A stretch of DNA of 63,242 nt, counting the filler, from Rhabdomonas costata (Eukaryota): the NCBI GenBank assembly GCA_019059605.1. It is 36 parts of 36 records of this genome, joined end to end, with 100 filler letters (N's around TTAATTAATTAA, not from the genome) between each part and the next. Parts side by side here need not be neighbours in the genome. Positions count along the whole stretch, not along the records: positions 10,559 to 12,217 come from JAHMHO010011132.1; positions 12,318 to 13,976 come from JAHMHO010011133.1; positions 14,077 to 15,735 come from JAHMHO010011134.1; positions 15,836 to 17,494 come from JAHMHO010011135.1; positions 17,595 to 19,254 come from JAHMHO010011136.1; positions 19,355 to 21,013 come from JAHMHO010011137.1; positions 21,114 to 22,772 come from JAHMHO010011138.1; positions 22,873 to 24,531 come from JAHMHO010011139.1; 28 more parts are not named here. One strand, given 5' to 3'. The position numbers and the translations under genes were made by a program. The notes beneath the pieces are model-generated. The model saw nothing but the letters and a program-made list of their open reading frames with translations, ran no database searches and had not been told where the DNA came from. Shown piece by piece: positions 12,213 to 24,700 of the stretch (the first letter of the stretch is position 1; each line of letters opens with the position of its first letter).

Positions 12213-15200
12213 CCAACNNNNNNNNNNNNNNNNNNNNNNNNNNNNNNNNNNNNNNNNNNNNTTAATTAATTAANNNNNNNNNNNNNNNNNNNNNNNNNNN
12301 NNNNNNNNNNNNNNNNNGGGGGGGGTGGGGAGCCGAAACCTGAGTGCTTGCGTTCGAGTTGGCAGGCATATCCGTCAAGGATAAGCTGAATTGGGTCATC
12401 ATCTGTGGGCAGACCCAAAATCAGAACTCCTATGCAAATTATAGCATCATAATCGCTGTCATGCCTTTTCATATACGACGGGCATCTTGCAGACAATGCC
12501 CAGAACAGGCATTTACTACTTCTCTTCCCTCTCCGAGCTGGTGATCTTTCTTCCGCAATGTGACATTGAGGTCGGGGAATCTCGAGGAACGGGCTAATGA
12601 ATCTTTGCTTTCTGGTGGTACAAACGTCTTGAAATCCAAGCAGTCTGGTGGCATATTCTCGGGCACATGGAAGGCTTGTGTTCGGCTCCACTTTTTTGTT
12701 GGACTTAGCTTGGGCCTCAGTGCTGGGGACTATGCCTTCGGAGAATGGGTGAACTTAGGGCCCCAAGTTGGGTCTGGTGGAGTGCAGTGTTTGCCACTGC
12801 GCCGTAAACGTCGACGCCAGCTCCCTTCCTTCAGTATCTTTCCAACTTCACCGACAGAGCGTGAGGGGAGGGGGCACCATTAGCGCCTGCTGGGCCTGAG
12901 CGGTGGAGAGAGGCAGGGTGGCGTTGCTGGTGAGCATCCCCACAAGGGCGGTCAGAGCTTGCTCCTGTGGGAGCCCAAGCCTTAAAGGACCACCCGAGTA
13001 TGCGTGGGCATGCGTGGGGTAAAGGGACCATTGCCCGCGGAGCAGCTATCCTCAAAACAAGAGATCGAGGAGATGGATCACAGCGGAAATTCGTCCCCCC
13101 ACCCCCATATGTGGGCGGAAGAGGGCACAATGAGACGTGGAAAGGCACAATTTCCATATCTGTATCTGCTCTGCTTTGATTTTCAGTCATATGTAATCAG
13201 CAGCCTTCATGATTCGGCTCTTCGTCGTAAGGCTTCTTTCGTACTCCTGCTGAATGCATCGGAAAAACAAGGTGTTCTGCATTTTCATGCAGGTTGTATA
13301 GAAACGCAGAAAGAGGAAAAAACAAACATGAAGCAAAGGCTTGAGAAGTGAAATTAATTAGGATCGCTGGACCTTCGCCGCTTGGCGTGCGGCAACGATG
13401 GTGGCGTTGGGACTGGTAGCGTTGTCTTGGCCTGGAGGAGAGAGGGTCGTTGGTCACAACGGGTTTTCGAGATGTACAGTCAGTTCAGCATACCGAAAAG
13501 AGCACATCACGCTGGTATCTTTTTCAGAAGGCATTCATACTTACACCCGTAGTCTTCGAAAAGCCTTCGAAAAGTCAGACGAGCATACGTCTGTGCCATC
13601 CGAACAACAGAAAATCCAAGCCGGTGAACACAGGTGAGTACAGCCAAACTGTGTATGCCGGAGCTTCCGCCCACCCCTCATGTATGCGCACATACTGACA
13701 CGTGTGTACGCACACAGATGCACAGGCGTCGCCATATGCCTTGACTCGCGGACGCTGCAGAAAGCACCGCCGTGCACGCCGTGAGGAGAGCGGTGTTGCA
13801 CGTCAGGGGCTGCACGCAGGTCTGGTTCAGCAGAGACGCCTGAAAGGCAGAAAGAACATCAAAGCAACCTGCAATTCACACCCACACCTGCACAGAAAGG
13901 AGCCGGGACAGAAAGGAGGCCTAGGCCCAGTGCTGCGCACTGCGCGCACCCACTCGCGTCTTTTCGGAAGTATTTTNNNNNNNNNNNNNNNNNNNNNNNN
14001 NNNNNNNNNNNNNNNNNNNNTTAATTAATTAANNNNNNNNNNNNNNNNNNNNNNNNNNNNNNNNNNNNNNNNNNNNGTGGTGGGGGTGGTGCCCTGCAAG
14101 GCTGGCACGGCGGCCTGCACTGGCCCGCCGTGCCGTCTGCATTTTCGGGGTTTTGGTCAGAGAGGCGAGAGGCGAGCCAATGAGAAAGAAATAGAGAAGT
14201 TGAGATGTGAGGTGTGATGGCAGTCTTTGAGCAAAGAGGGCACTTGAAAAAGTGGACTCCCTCTGAAACGGGGACTCCCACTGCCTCTCCACAAGGCTCC
14301 CAAAGCCCAAGAAGAAGGAAAAGGTAGACCGGAACGCAAAATAAAAAAGGAAGAAACCGCTGTTAACCGAGGTAGGAGTATTCGACTCTTGGTTTTCGTA
14401 ACGTTCCAAGCGTTGGCAATTCGTACTAAACGATTGCACAGCATACCGGGCGTCCCAGTTAAAATACAACAATAACTTTATGAATAACGTCAAGACAAAG
14501 TATGGTGGTTGGGATGTGGTGTTGGGTTTGTGTCGTGGGTGGTTCCCCATTTTTTTTGGTGAGGGTTACAGGGCTGTGTCTGCTTCTGTTTACAGATTTT
14601 GTACTTTTCTAAAAACAAACAAAATTGAAACGGCTCGTCAAATCTATCCCAAACAAAAAATGGGAGTGCAACACCCACCTGCACCAACCACACACCAAGA
14701 AAAAACTTGTAGAATTTTAGAATATTGCTACATTTTAACTGGGACACCCGGTATTACAACTGTCATCAGCTTGCCTGATAACAAGCACGTCGAAGTGGTA
14801 AGGCCCGGTAGCTTCTTTGGGACCACCGCTGTACGCAGAACTGAACTTGGGCACTTATTCTACGGCCTTCCATTGGGCTGCCCACCAACCCACCCCTCCC
14901 CTCCCCGCAAAGAGAGGGGACATCTGTTGGCATGACTGATCTTTCCGCACGATGTTTAGCAGCGAGTTTCTGAAGACTCCACCGACGACACCTTCGGGGG
15001 GATTGCAAAAGAAAAGGCGAACGGGGAGGCGCACTCACATCCCTGTGGTGTAGTGGGTGCTGTGGGATGGAGTGGGCGCCAAGGGAGGACGAGGAGGAAG
15101 GGAGGGGCACAACCAAACATACGGGAAAAGACCCGTAAGGAAAGGCACAACAGGAAAGGAAAGGCGGTGGAGCCACGGGACAACCCCCCAAAGAGCGCAC

Positions 15201-16823
15201 AAAACTGGGACACCTTCCCTTCCCATTCCGCCAAGCCTAACCTCACATGTGCACCTGCAGGGAGGTGCCCCTTGCCCCAATGACGTGGCGGCCCAGGGTA
15301 CAAGGCACAGCCTAAGCAAACCTATACACGGGAAAAAGATGGGAGACACGATGTATAGCGATGGAAGACGACGCCTCTCTCAAAGTCCCAAGCTCTCCTC
15401 TTGCTCTCTATTTCCTCGACGCACGGAGTGAGCAGCAAGAACTTGTGTGCGGGGTGTTCGGAAGGAGAGCGGAGAGGGGCCAGAACGGGAAGCGCGGAGT
15501 TACTGCAGAACTGGGGATCTTCCCAGACGTCTGAAACCAACAACGAAGACGATTGGGCAACGGGCAAGAGAGGAATGCAAGTAGAGAGGGGCGGTAGAAG
15601 CACAGCAGTGCCAAGCACAGAAGAGAAAAAGGCGCACTTCGGGTGAAGTAGCTAGGGAAGATGCTGCACTTGAAGAGAGGGGCACCAAGTCACCAAATCT
15701 AACCCCTTCCACCCCACCCCAACCACACCCAACACNNNNNNNNNNNNNNNNNNNNNNNNNNNNNNNNNNNNNNNNNNNNTTAATTAATTAANNNNNNNNN
15801 NNNNNNNNNNNNNNNNNNNNNNNNNNNNNNNNNNNTACGCTTGGCTTCAGATCTAATTCCATAATAACAGCAGAACTATCTCAGTTACCAAATGGTCAGG
15901 AAAGAGGTAATTTTTGTATGACACTGAGATACTGAATAACTCCACTTGTTTCCATAATTTCAGCATCTAAAACTATGACCACATTGGTGTGAAGAAATCG
16001 GGGGTCAAAAAAGCTTGAAACGTTTTAGACAACAAACGAGTCAAAATCAAAAATGTTTTTCAAAATTATTTCCTTTGTTTTAACTAGACAATCGGTAAAC
16101 ACCTGATTGCTGCACATGGCCAGATAAATCATGCACAGCTAAAGGCAAAGTCTGCAGGATAACCCCTGCTTGCCAAAACACCCTACAACAAAATGGTACT
16201 CACAAACCACACGCAAGCCAGTGTAAGCCGATCAAGGAGTTTTCAACAAGCTTATCATTGACAATTAGTATTGGGGAAAATTTTCCCCAGTCAACTCCTA
16301 GTGGAGGCGTAAAGAACCGGCATGAGAACCGGCTCACGGGATGTATTCTCCCCACAAAAATTACGAAGCAAATACCAATAAATTCTGACTGATGCTCTGT
16401 GCAAATACGTTGCAAGGAAAGACTAAAACTACCTTCGAGTGGCATTGTGGTTTTGTGGATTTTCACAGTCACCTAATGTGTCAAGCGTGATAATGCAACA
16501 AACCGCTTCTACTAGCAGCAGAAATTACGAAATCTCCCATTTAGCGGTCGCAGCGCCACTTAAAAACCTCGAGGTAAATTTAAACATTCGTGAACAATAG
16601 TGGTTGTTCACGGTGAATGTGAGGCCAAATTTTTGTGATATGATAAAACTAGACCACCCCACTTAAACCAAGCGTTTTGGACGTTAACAAACTTCTCCTG
16701 GCCGCACCTGCAATAGCAGCAGCAGCAATGGCTTGTGTGCGGATCAGCAGTGCTGGCAATTGCTTGAACTATTTTTATACACCTTTTCACACCATGGAAC
16801 GAGTTGTCCTCTGCCGTTCTCAG

Positions 16824-17292
16824 AGGCATTGCGCATGCGTTTATCGAGCAGCCCATTGTCACCCCCATCGGTGCGACTATCACTCAGGTGCATCTTCTGA
16901 TTTTTCCTCTCCACTTTATGACCTCCATGACTCCGCCTCGTCATAGGAATGTCTGGAGTGGGATTTGAATCCGGGGAGTTGCTTTTTCTGCTTTTGTTGT
17001 CTTCTCTTTTTCAACCCCACAGATGCAGTGCAACGGGCGAGGTGCAGTGTACAATTTTCTTGATCTGCTACGGAGGCGGGCTCTGTACCGCAGCCTGCCC
17101 GTGGGAATTGTAGGTGCGGTGCCCAAGGCAATAATCAATTACAGCATATTGTGCACCTACATGCAGCTGATCCTGGGAGACATTGACATCCGACAGGCCT
17201 CGATGACCCAGGCCGGTCTAATAGGGGGCCTCACCGGCGCCTCTCAGGTCTTCCTGGTGACGCCTATTAACTTCCTGAAGTTTCGGATGATG
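16824..17292 (+). CDS. Mitochondrial carrier family (SLC25) protein, partial (exons 16824-16887, 17023-17292)
   Basis: GIAHAFIEQPIVTPIGATITQ|MQ...ALYRSLPVGIVGAVPKAII...GGLTGASQVFLVTPINFLKFRM matches carrier repeat 1-2 spacing (P-motif, LYRG-like, P-motif); phase-0 GT-AG intron. Confidence 0.85.
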
Positions 17293-17699
17293 GTGTGAAC
17301 CGCACCCGACGCCCCCATCCCGACCCATCCGACTCCCCAACACATGGATAATTAATTGTTCTTAGGTTACCTTGTGTTGTAGTTGGTAATTCGTCATGTA
17401 TTGTAGTAATTCTAATTGCCCACTCAGTCTCCACTAAGATTGTAATAAGGGGTACCCAGGGGTGCCAAGAGTCCGGGTTCAACTCCAAAACCCCNNNNNN
17501 NNNNNNNNNNNNNNNNNNNNNNNNNNNNNNNNNNNNNNTTAATTAATTAANNNNNNNNNNNNNNNNNNNNNNNNNNNNNNNNNNNNNNNNNNNNGTTGTT
17601 TGTGGGTGGCTGTTGAGTTAAGGCTTGGGGCTTTGGGCTTAAAAATGTGAATGGTTACAATGGTTCGAGGCACCGAGAATCACGACGTCATCTTCTATC

Positions 17700-18001
17700 T
17701 TCATACAGGAGACACGAACATGATCGTAGCGAATGTGAGAGTCGACGTAGAAGGAGGAACAGGAGCGACATTGCGCAGCAAGGAGCGACTGTGACGACAT
17801 ACAGATGGAGGAACATGAACAGGAGCGAAGGCACTGAGCGACTGTGACGACCTTGTGAACATGAATACGGGCGTAGCGAGAATGAATGTGAACCGTGAAC
17901 AATAGAAAGGAGGGAACAGGAGCGAGTGCAACGAGCGAGTGTGACCGACCAACTCAAGGAACAGGAGACACGATCATCGCGAGAGTCGAGTGTGACGACT
18001 G
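17700..18001. repeat. Degenerate purine-rich minisatellite with recurring gaacaggagcga and gagcgactgtgacgac motifs
   Basis: Each motif recurs about 4 times at irregular spacing. Confidence 0.6.
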
Positions 18002-19361
18002 AAACGGCCTCTGTCCCTGCGGGGCCTTGACGTTTAATCATTGTATCCGTATTGCTGATATATGGCTTAACGTGTCGGTCGGTCCCTCATTTTCGTTCGG
18101 GCCCTTTCTCCACCCCTTCACTCTATCACTATCCTTACGCATCTTCCTTGCATCAGGATAGCCCCTCAGAACGGTAGCAGAGGGTTAGCATGGTGTAGTG
18201 GCATCTACCGTAGCATCAGCATGCAGCATCTGCCTTAGCATCAGCCTCTACAGCCATCCCTTCCTCTCTACTCCCTGGGTGATGTAGCGGTGGTGGTGGA
18301 ATGCGTACCTTTACCCTTAGCGTTACCATTAGGCATCGGTGTCACTCCCTCACTCTACTACATCCCTCTGTCACGGGTTGGTGGTGGCTACGATGGAGGG
18401 TATGGCATAGCGTCACTGCTAGCGTCGATGCTACTGTGCATACCGTACCACCATCACCATTACTACCACTGATGGACAACAACCATGACAGGGTTCGGGT
18501 GACAAGGTTTGAGCATAGAAGTTATGCTGAGGTTGTAACGCGTAGGGTATTGCTACTCTACGGTACTCCCTGTGTGCGTAGCGCCATAACCGGTCACCAT
18601 GTCACCTCAACCACTGCCATGGAGTGCGTGACTCGGGTACGGTGGTGTGAGTAGGCATTGCTGCTGATACGCTACCGTGAACCAGTAACCTCAATCACGT
18701 CCCTCGTGTTGGTTGTGTGGGTTTATTGTCCAGTGTGGTTGGATTCGCAGCCATTCAACAGGTCGATCTTGGGTATCCTACCCAGCACTACTACCCTACG
18801 CATAAGGTAAACGTTCATGTCCGCTAGCAGAGGTCATATCGCCGTGTCCAACCTGTGTGATGACATGACTCTCCTCTACCCACTACCAGCGTACAACCTC
18901 AGGTGTTGAGTTACGCGCTACGTTTCATAGGCTCCCAGTCGTACCTGCGTCATCACGTGTTTTGTGTTAGCGAGATCAGTGAGAGAAACGATGCCAACCC
19001 ATGAGTTGAACTCACTCACTCCATAGATGTGATGGTTCAGTCGCTCCCCGCTAGGCGGTACTCTCCTTAGCTTCTCGCACTTTCTTGCCCTTGCATAAAT
19101 TCACCTCTACGAGAACCTCAACCGGTTGTATGAGCATGAATCCAGGAAAACCTTCGTATCCAAGTCCTACTCAGGTACCTCAACCAGACGACGATGATCT
19201 TCGATGATCCGGAAGAACCAACACTTCTGTTTGTCTGCATGTACCCCCACCCCCNNNNNNNNNNNNNNNNNNNNNNNNNNNNNNNNNNNNNNNNNNNNTT
19301 AATTAATTAANNNNNNNNNNNNNNNNNNNNNNNNNNNNNNNNNNNNNNNNNNNNGTGTTGG

Positions 19362-19431
19362 GGGCTGGACTCTAATACCCAGTTATTGGTTCACGGACGT
19401 GAACCAATAACTGGGTATTAGAGTCCAGCCC
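19362..19431. repeat. Perfect hairpin (34-bp arms, 2-nt loop) at contig start
   Basis: gggctggactctaatacccagttattggttcacg-ga-cgtgaaccaataactgggtattagagtccagccc. Confidence 0.9.
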
Positions 19432-20856
19432 GCAACGAAGCCGCAACAAAGCAAGGAAGCGCAACGAAGCAAGGAAGTTTCGCCGCGGCGGCTGGCCTCC
19501 GCAACGAAAATAATCCAGTCCCTTTTGGGGCACGTGCATCGCCCCCTGCCATCATGAACCTCCTGCAAACCTTCTATTAGAATCCCAGGGGACATGTGCA
19601 TCGCCTCCTGAGCTCCGTTTGTGGTTCACGTCCGTGAACCGAAACAGGTTCACGGGGGGGGGGGGGTCGAATTTCAGCCTCGCACCTGCATTTCTCGGCC
19701 AGAGCATTTTGGGTCTTGAATGATTACCGAGGCAGAAGCACTTCAACGGCAGTGCCTAAAGCCTCTTATTTTCTTACTCATCCATAGTTCTTGCAGCTTT
19801 CTCATATAGTGTGTCAGCTATTCATCTTTCACTTCGCGATCCCCTACTTTTATGCACTCCATCTATGACCCCCCCACACACACACACCAAGACGCACTCG
19901 CACCTCACTTCTAGCACTTCATGTGCCCTCAACCTTATCTCGTGCCCCACTGGGGCAAGAGCTGAATGTAGTTTCAAATTCGGCCGTGGTCCCAATCATA
20001 ACAAAGCACTATAAGAGCAAACTATTGCCAGATTATACTGTTTGCTGTGCTGCTCTGCACCTGATGAGAGTGGTCAACCAAAAATTAAACTCTGCTCGCA
20101 CAGGTCGCAAGCCAAACATGGCAGACACCTAGAGCGAACAGATAGTGGCTGGTCAACGTCTCAGCTCCACCAGTTCTGAAAAGCGAAGAAGGAGAAAAAT
20201 GTGGACCCTGCGTTGCGCGTTTTCCATAACGCTTGCTCAACGCCAGGGAACAGTTTTTCCAGCGAAGGAAAAGTTACGCAATTACAGCAATTACTTCGCG
20301 ACTCATTTCAGCAAATTATAATCAGATCCAAGATCCAGAAGAGGTTTATCAACAGTTTCAATAATATCAACAGTGTCTTCAATTCTCCCAGCGTCCCCCA
20401 AAGAGAATTTTTTTTTGGGGGGGGGGGTGTTGCCCACAATGTCTGAGTCTGTTGCACAGCAGTGCAGCCCCAAATCCCAGGTACTCTGCCACTTCCGTGC
20501 AAAACTGATTGCTTTTTATCCCAGATACTTTCTCCAATACTTACCTTCTACCGAAGACTATTTCGTCTTGAACCCTACAGACACCATCCTGGTTTACGGA
20601 GAGGTGGCGATCGAGCGGTAATCGTTCAATCGAAAGTTTCGGTCACTTTCCGTGTTTTGTGCTATCCGGAAATCAATAATCGAGCAACTAAAACGCGAAT
20701 TCAATATTCAATAGGAAACTTTTCCATAACTTTTTCTTGGAAATGGGCACAACAACAATCGAACGGTAATGCGCCCTCGGCCTTCTTGACACGGCGGCGC
20801 ATCTCACCGCAGCGTAGGTTCAAAATTTAGCATGATCAAAAACGCGCAAAAAAAAC

Positions 20857-20991
20857 CTTTGCAGAAGAAACAACTGCGGGAGAATGGCAACAGCCTCGAG
20901 GAATTCACTGAAGGACCAGAGCATCTCAATGGGGTCAAACCACCGGCGGTGAAATATGGCAGCGAAAATCACACACGGTATAATCAGGTAC
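20857..20991 (-). CDS. ERD2: ER lumen protein-retaining (KDEL) receptor, one internal exon
   Basis: YLIIPCVIFAAIFH...EMLWSFSEFLEAVAILPQLFLLQR matches the conserved LWxFSxxLExVAILPQL motif; AG/GT bounded. Confidence 0.93.
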
Positions 20992-21559
20992 CTGAAAAAT
21001 ATTACCACCAACANNNNNNNNNNNNNNNNNNNNNNNNNNNNNNNNNNNNNNNNNNNNTTAATTAATTAANNNNNNNNNNNNNNNNNNNNNNNNNNNNNNN
21101 NNNNNNNNNNNNNTGTTGGGGGGAGGCGGGCCTGTGGGCTAAGTGCCGCGTGGGGTCTGATCGCTAAGATGACTGGATGGACAAAGATAGACATGAGATG
21201 AGCACAGCATGGGCGAGGCAGGCAGCAAATCTGCAAGGGAGAGGTGGGCTCATGATGAGAAGAAAAGAAAAGGGTGGAGCGCGGTCGAGAGGATAAGCCA
21301 GGGTGAGAAAGTATTGCTCCAGGCAGAAACTGATGTCCAACTCGGGAGAGACTGGGATGAGCCAATTGTAAGCCCAAGTGGCACGGACGGAGGGGGTGGG
21401 GGCTGGGCGCAGAAAGCTAAAAGGGTAAAGGTTAATCCTCAGGGTAAAGTCTTTTTTTCCCCCTCACCTCCGTGGCTACCGAGGGTTTGCAATGGGACGC
21501 TCCGACGATGGCATTTGCTCCCGAGATGGCAAATAACGGATCGGTCGCGCACACCACAC

Positions 21560-21723
21560 CGGTGTTGAGCGCGGGGCGGTACAGGTGAAGCACGATCCAG
21601 CTGTAGACCGGTCGGGACCACACCCTAAAAAGCCGGCGCATCGTGGGCACAGTCCACCAGTCCCCGTAGAAGTGCCGGTCCGCAAAACGGGTCACGTTGG
21701 CAAAGATGTTGAGGATGAAGTGC
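21560..21723 (-). CDS. MBOAT acyltransferase (DGAT1/ACAT-like), one internal exon
   Basis: HFILNIFANVTRFADRHFYGDWWTVPTMRRLFRVWSRPVYSWIVLHLYRP corresponds to the LN..AE..RF.DR.FY.DWWN...WN.PVH.W...H.Y.P block. Confidence 0.9.
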
Positions 21724-24700
21724 CTAAACAACGAATGCAAGAAAGTCGCCCAATTGTACGAGAGCGAGTGAGTGAGAGACAGGTGGCAGGTACCTCCACC
21801 CGTACCAGTTTTGGTAGTCAAACTGGGCGACGGCAAGCACAATGTAGAAGGAGGAAGCGCGAGGGATAGACCAGACATAAAACAGAGGGGCAGAGAGGAG
21901 GGCGGACTGGGGTTTTGTGCAGGTCAGCTGGCGGGGTCCTGTTGGGGAAGGTTGTGTTTTCCCACACAACTTCACCCTCTCTCGTGAACGGTGGTGGCGG
22001 TTGGCCCTTCAGACCGCGGCGGCGACACCTGAAAGCTGCGCACTTTTCGTAAAGACCTCTCACAGTCGTGTGCCAACAGCGCGCACCACCATTAACCCTC
22101 CAAACCACTCGGCTCCCTGCACACAACCCTTGGCCCCCCTTTTCGATCGGGGAGCTCCATCTCGAACCAGGTCCAGGATGAAGTGTTGCGAACATTTTTG
22201 AGGCAGAAGCAACCCTGCAACCGTGGGACTGCAGCCCACCCCACCAACCTGGACTTTTCTTTGACGCATCGAATTCCAAGCCTAAATCTAAAATTTCAGC
22301 GCATCATATAACGTCCCTCTTGGAAGGGAAGATTTCACGGAACTGCGGCACAGGCACCAGAGTGCGGGAAGATGGGAAGATCGATAAAAATGGGAAGGTT
22401 GCGCCAAGGGTTGGTAAGCACAATTATGGCAAGTTGGCAAGAGCGGAAGTAACCCTTTGGCAAAGCTTCCCAATTTTTACCGGCGTGCATTGCGTTTAAA
22501 GTCAACATGAGCAACCTTTCACGCACTTTTGGCAATCTGCTCAGAGCAAAGCTGGTGATAAATTGCTAGATGAAGTGATGGCTACAAGTTACGAATTTTT
22601 GCACCTCCTAGTTTATATCCCAAAAAGGTGGTGATGTTGATGGCATTTGTTTGCTTTAAAAATACAAGTGGATCATTTCAGTTTTTTGATGAAAACATAA
22701 TTTATGTAAATGCCGCAAAGGTAACAGACCAGACAATGTCACAAACAACACCACCTAAACACACCTAACACANNNNNNNNNNNNNNNNNNNNNNNNNNNN
22801 NNNNNNNNNNNNNNNNTTAATTAATTAANNNNNNNNNNNNNNNNNNNNNNNNNNNNNNNNNNNNNNNNNNNNGTGTTGTTGTTTTCCTTGAAGTTGGGTC
22901 CTTGACTTTCCTTGTAGTTGTCGTGTCGGAATTCTAAGGTTGTATCCCTTTCCCTTTCCTTTGCCTCCATCCCGCATTCATTCACTTGAAGCAGGGAATA
23001 TAACGACACCTCTGCGCTGTAATTCCTCTCCATGGCCAGTGGGGCACCCGCTACACACACGGGAATGCTCAGTAAATTCGCATCCTTAACTTTAGTTTTG
23101 ATCCCAAAGGAGAGCGGTGAGAGGGGGGGGATGTATTTGTTGCGACTGTTGTGCTTGTATTTATGTTGTACCCGGCTAGCTACATTGCACCATGCACCCA
23201 AAAATAATGTTTCTGTTCTCCGCTGCCAACATCATCGGTGCGTTTGCCTGCCCGTCGACTGGTCCAGTGAAAACGCGGATATTTTGATTCAGTGGGAAAG
23301 TGTCTTCATACCACTCCCCAAATCCACGCACTGCCCACGCGGCGGAGTCTCAGATTAGCCCCAAGCGAAGATTCGCCCAACGAAAGACGTGTGTCGCTCC
23401 CCTTTCTTCCGCAGGAGCTTTTTTCTTCCGAAATCTATGCTTTTGGCTACCCGTTTTGTTTCTCGGTTGGGATTTTGATCTGACATCTTTTTCGACTTCG
23501 AATTAATTGAGGGTGATCAAAAAGGACACCCCTTCACGTCGTTTGCGTTAAAGCGGGAAGAGGCTATCGCATGTTCGGATTCTTATGAGAGGTAGATTTG
23601 TTCCGTGGGTCCACCCACGGTTGCAAGCTGCTGCGCAGGTTTGCCTTTACCATGGCATTTCCGGGTGTGTTGTTTTTGTCTTTGCATCGCGAAGAAAATG
23701 GAAGATGGAAGATGAAAGCATGCAGTTTCGAAACATAAGAGGAGGGCATGTTTGCTTGCAAAAGTGCAGAACGTTTTCTGTCCCTTTTCTTGCGGGCAGC
23801 AGCTTTTTGTCCCCCATTTCTTACTTTTGACACAAAAAAAAACAGGAGATGGTGCGTTCTGATGACTTCTCGGGTCGTCTTGGGGTGGGCCGGCTTTTTG
23901 GAGAGACTGGGCCATGTCGTGATGCAACCACAGAGTGGGTCCCCCAATCTCCAGGTATCCGCCCACTTCTCTGGCCCTTCGGTTTCCGATTCTGGAGCCC
24001 GGCACTGGCGGACTTCTCTTCTCGCTTGCCATGAACACAAACGCACAACTTTCAAAAAAACCGTGGTGAAGGACGTAAACCTTGAAAACTTGAAAAGGTG
24101 TGAAGACCAGAACTCTGAACTACCGGAGGTCGTCTGGATGATCGCATGCATCCACACGCTGCAGCTTTGCCCCGAAACTGTTCAGCAGTTTTTTCGAACG
24201 TCAACCTACCTCAGACGGACAAAGACAGGCAAAGTTTGCCCCCAAGCGCGTCGGTGACCCTTTTCCCCCGAGTTTTCAATAAAGCACAATAAGTGTCAGT
24301 TCAGCACCCATTCCCAACCAAGAGGAACCGTGTGTGTGGGTTTTCCCAATTCCACTAGTTGAACCGATGAGAACGTGCTCCACCTTAGTTGAAGAGGCAG
24401 AATTTCCTTTCTGCGGACGTCCGACGTCACATCCTCATTCTCCTCCCTCTCCTTTCGTTCTCACGCCACCTCCGAATACCTCTCGCATCGTGTCAAGAAG
24501 GAACGAATCCCCGCCTCCTTTCCAAAAACAANNNNNNNNNNNNNNNNNNNNNNNNNNNNNNNNNNNNNNNNNNNNTTAATTAATTAANNNNNNNNNNNNN
24601 NNNNNNNNNNNNNNNNNNNNNNNNNNNNNNNGTGGTGTTGGGTGCCTTCGAGGGGCCCGGAGTCATCGTGAGTGGACAGTGGGGCACCGCGGCATCCACA

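Noticed and set aside
14077..15735. Long overlapping ORFs in contig 9
   Set aside because: No motif, no codon bias and no credible exon structure; probably intronic or repetitive DNA.
17440..17490. B-box/T-loop-like ggttcaactcc suggesting a tRNA or SINE
   Set aside because: No A-box or cloverleaf upstream, and it is truncated at the contig end.
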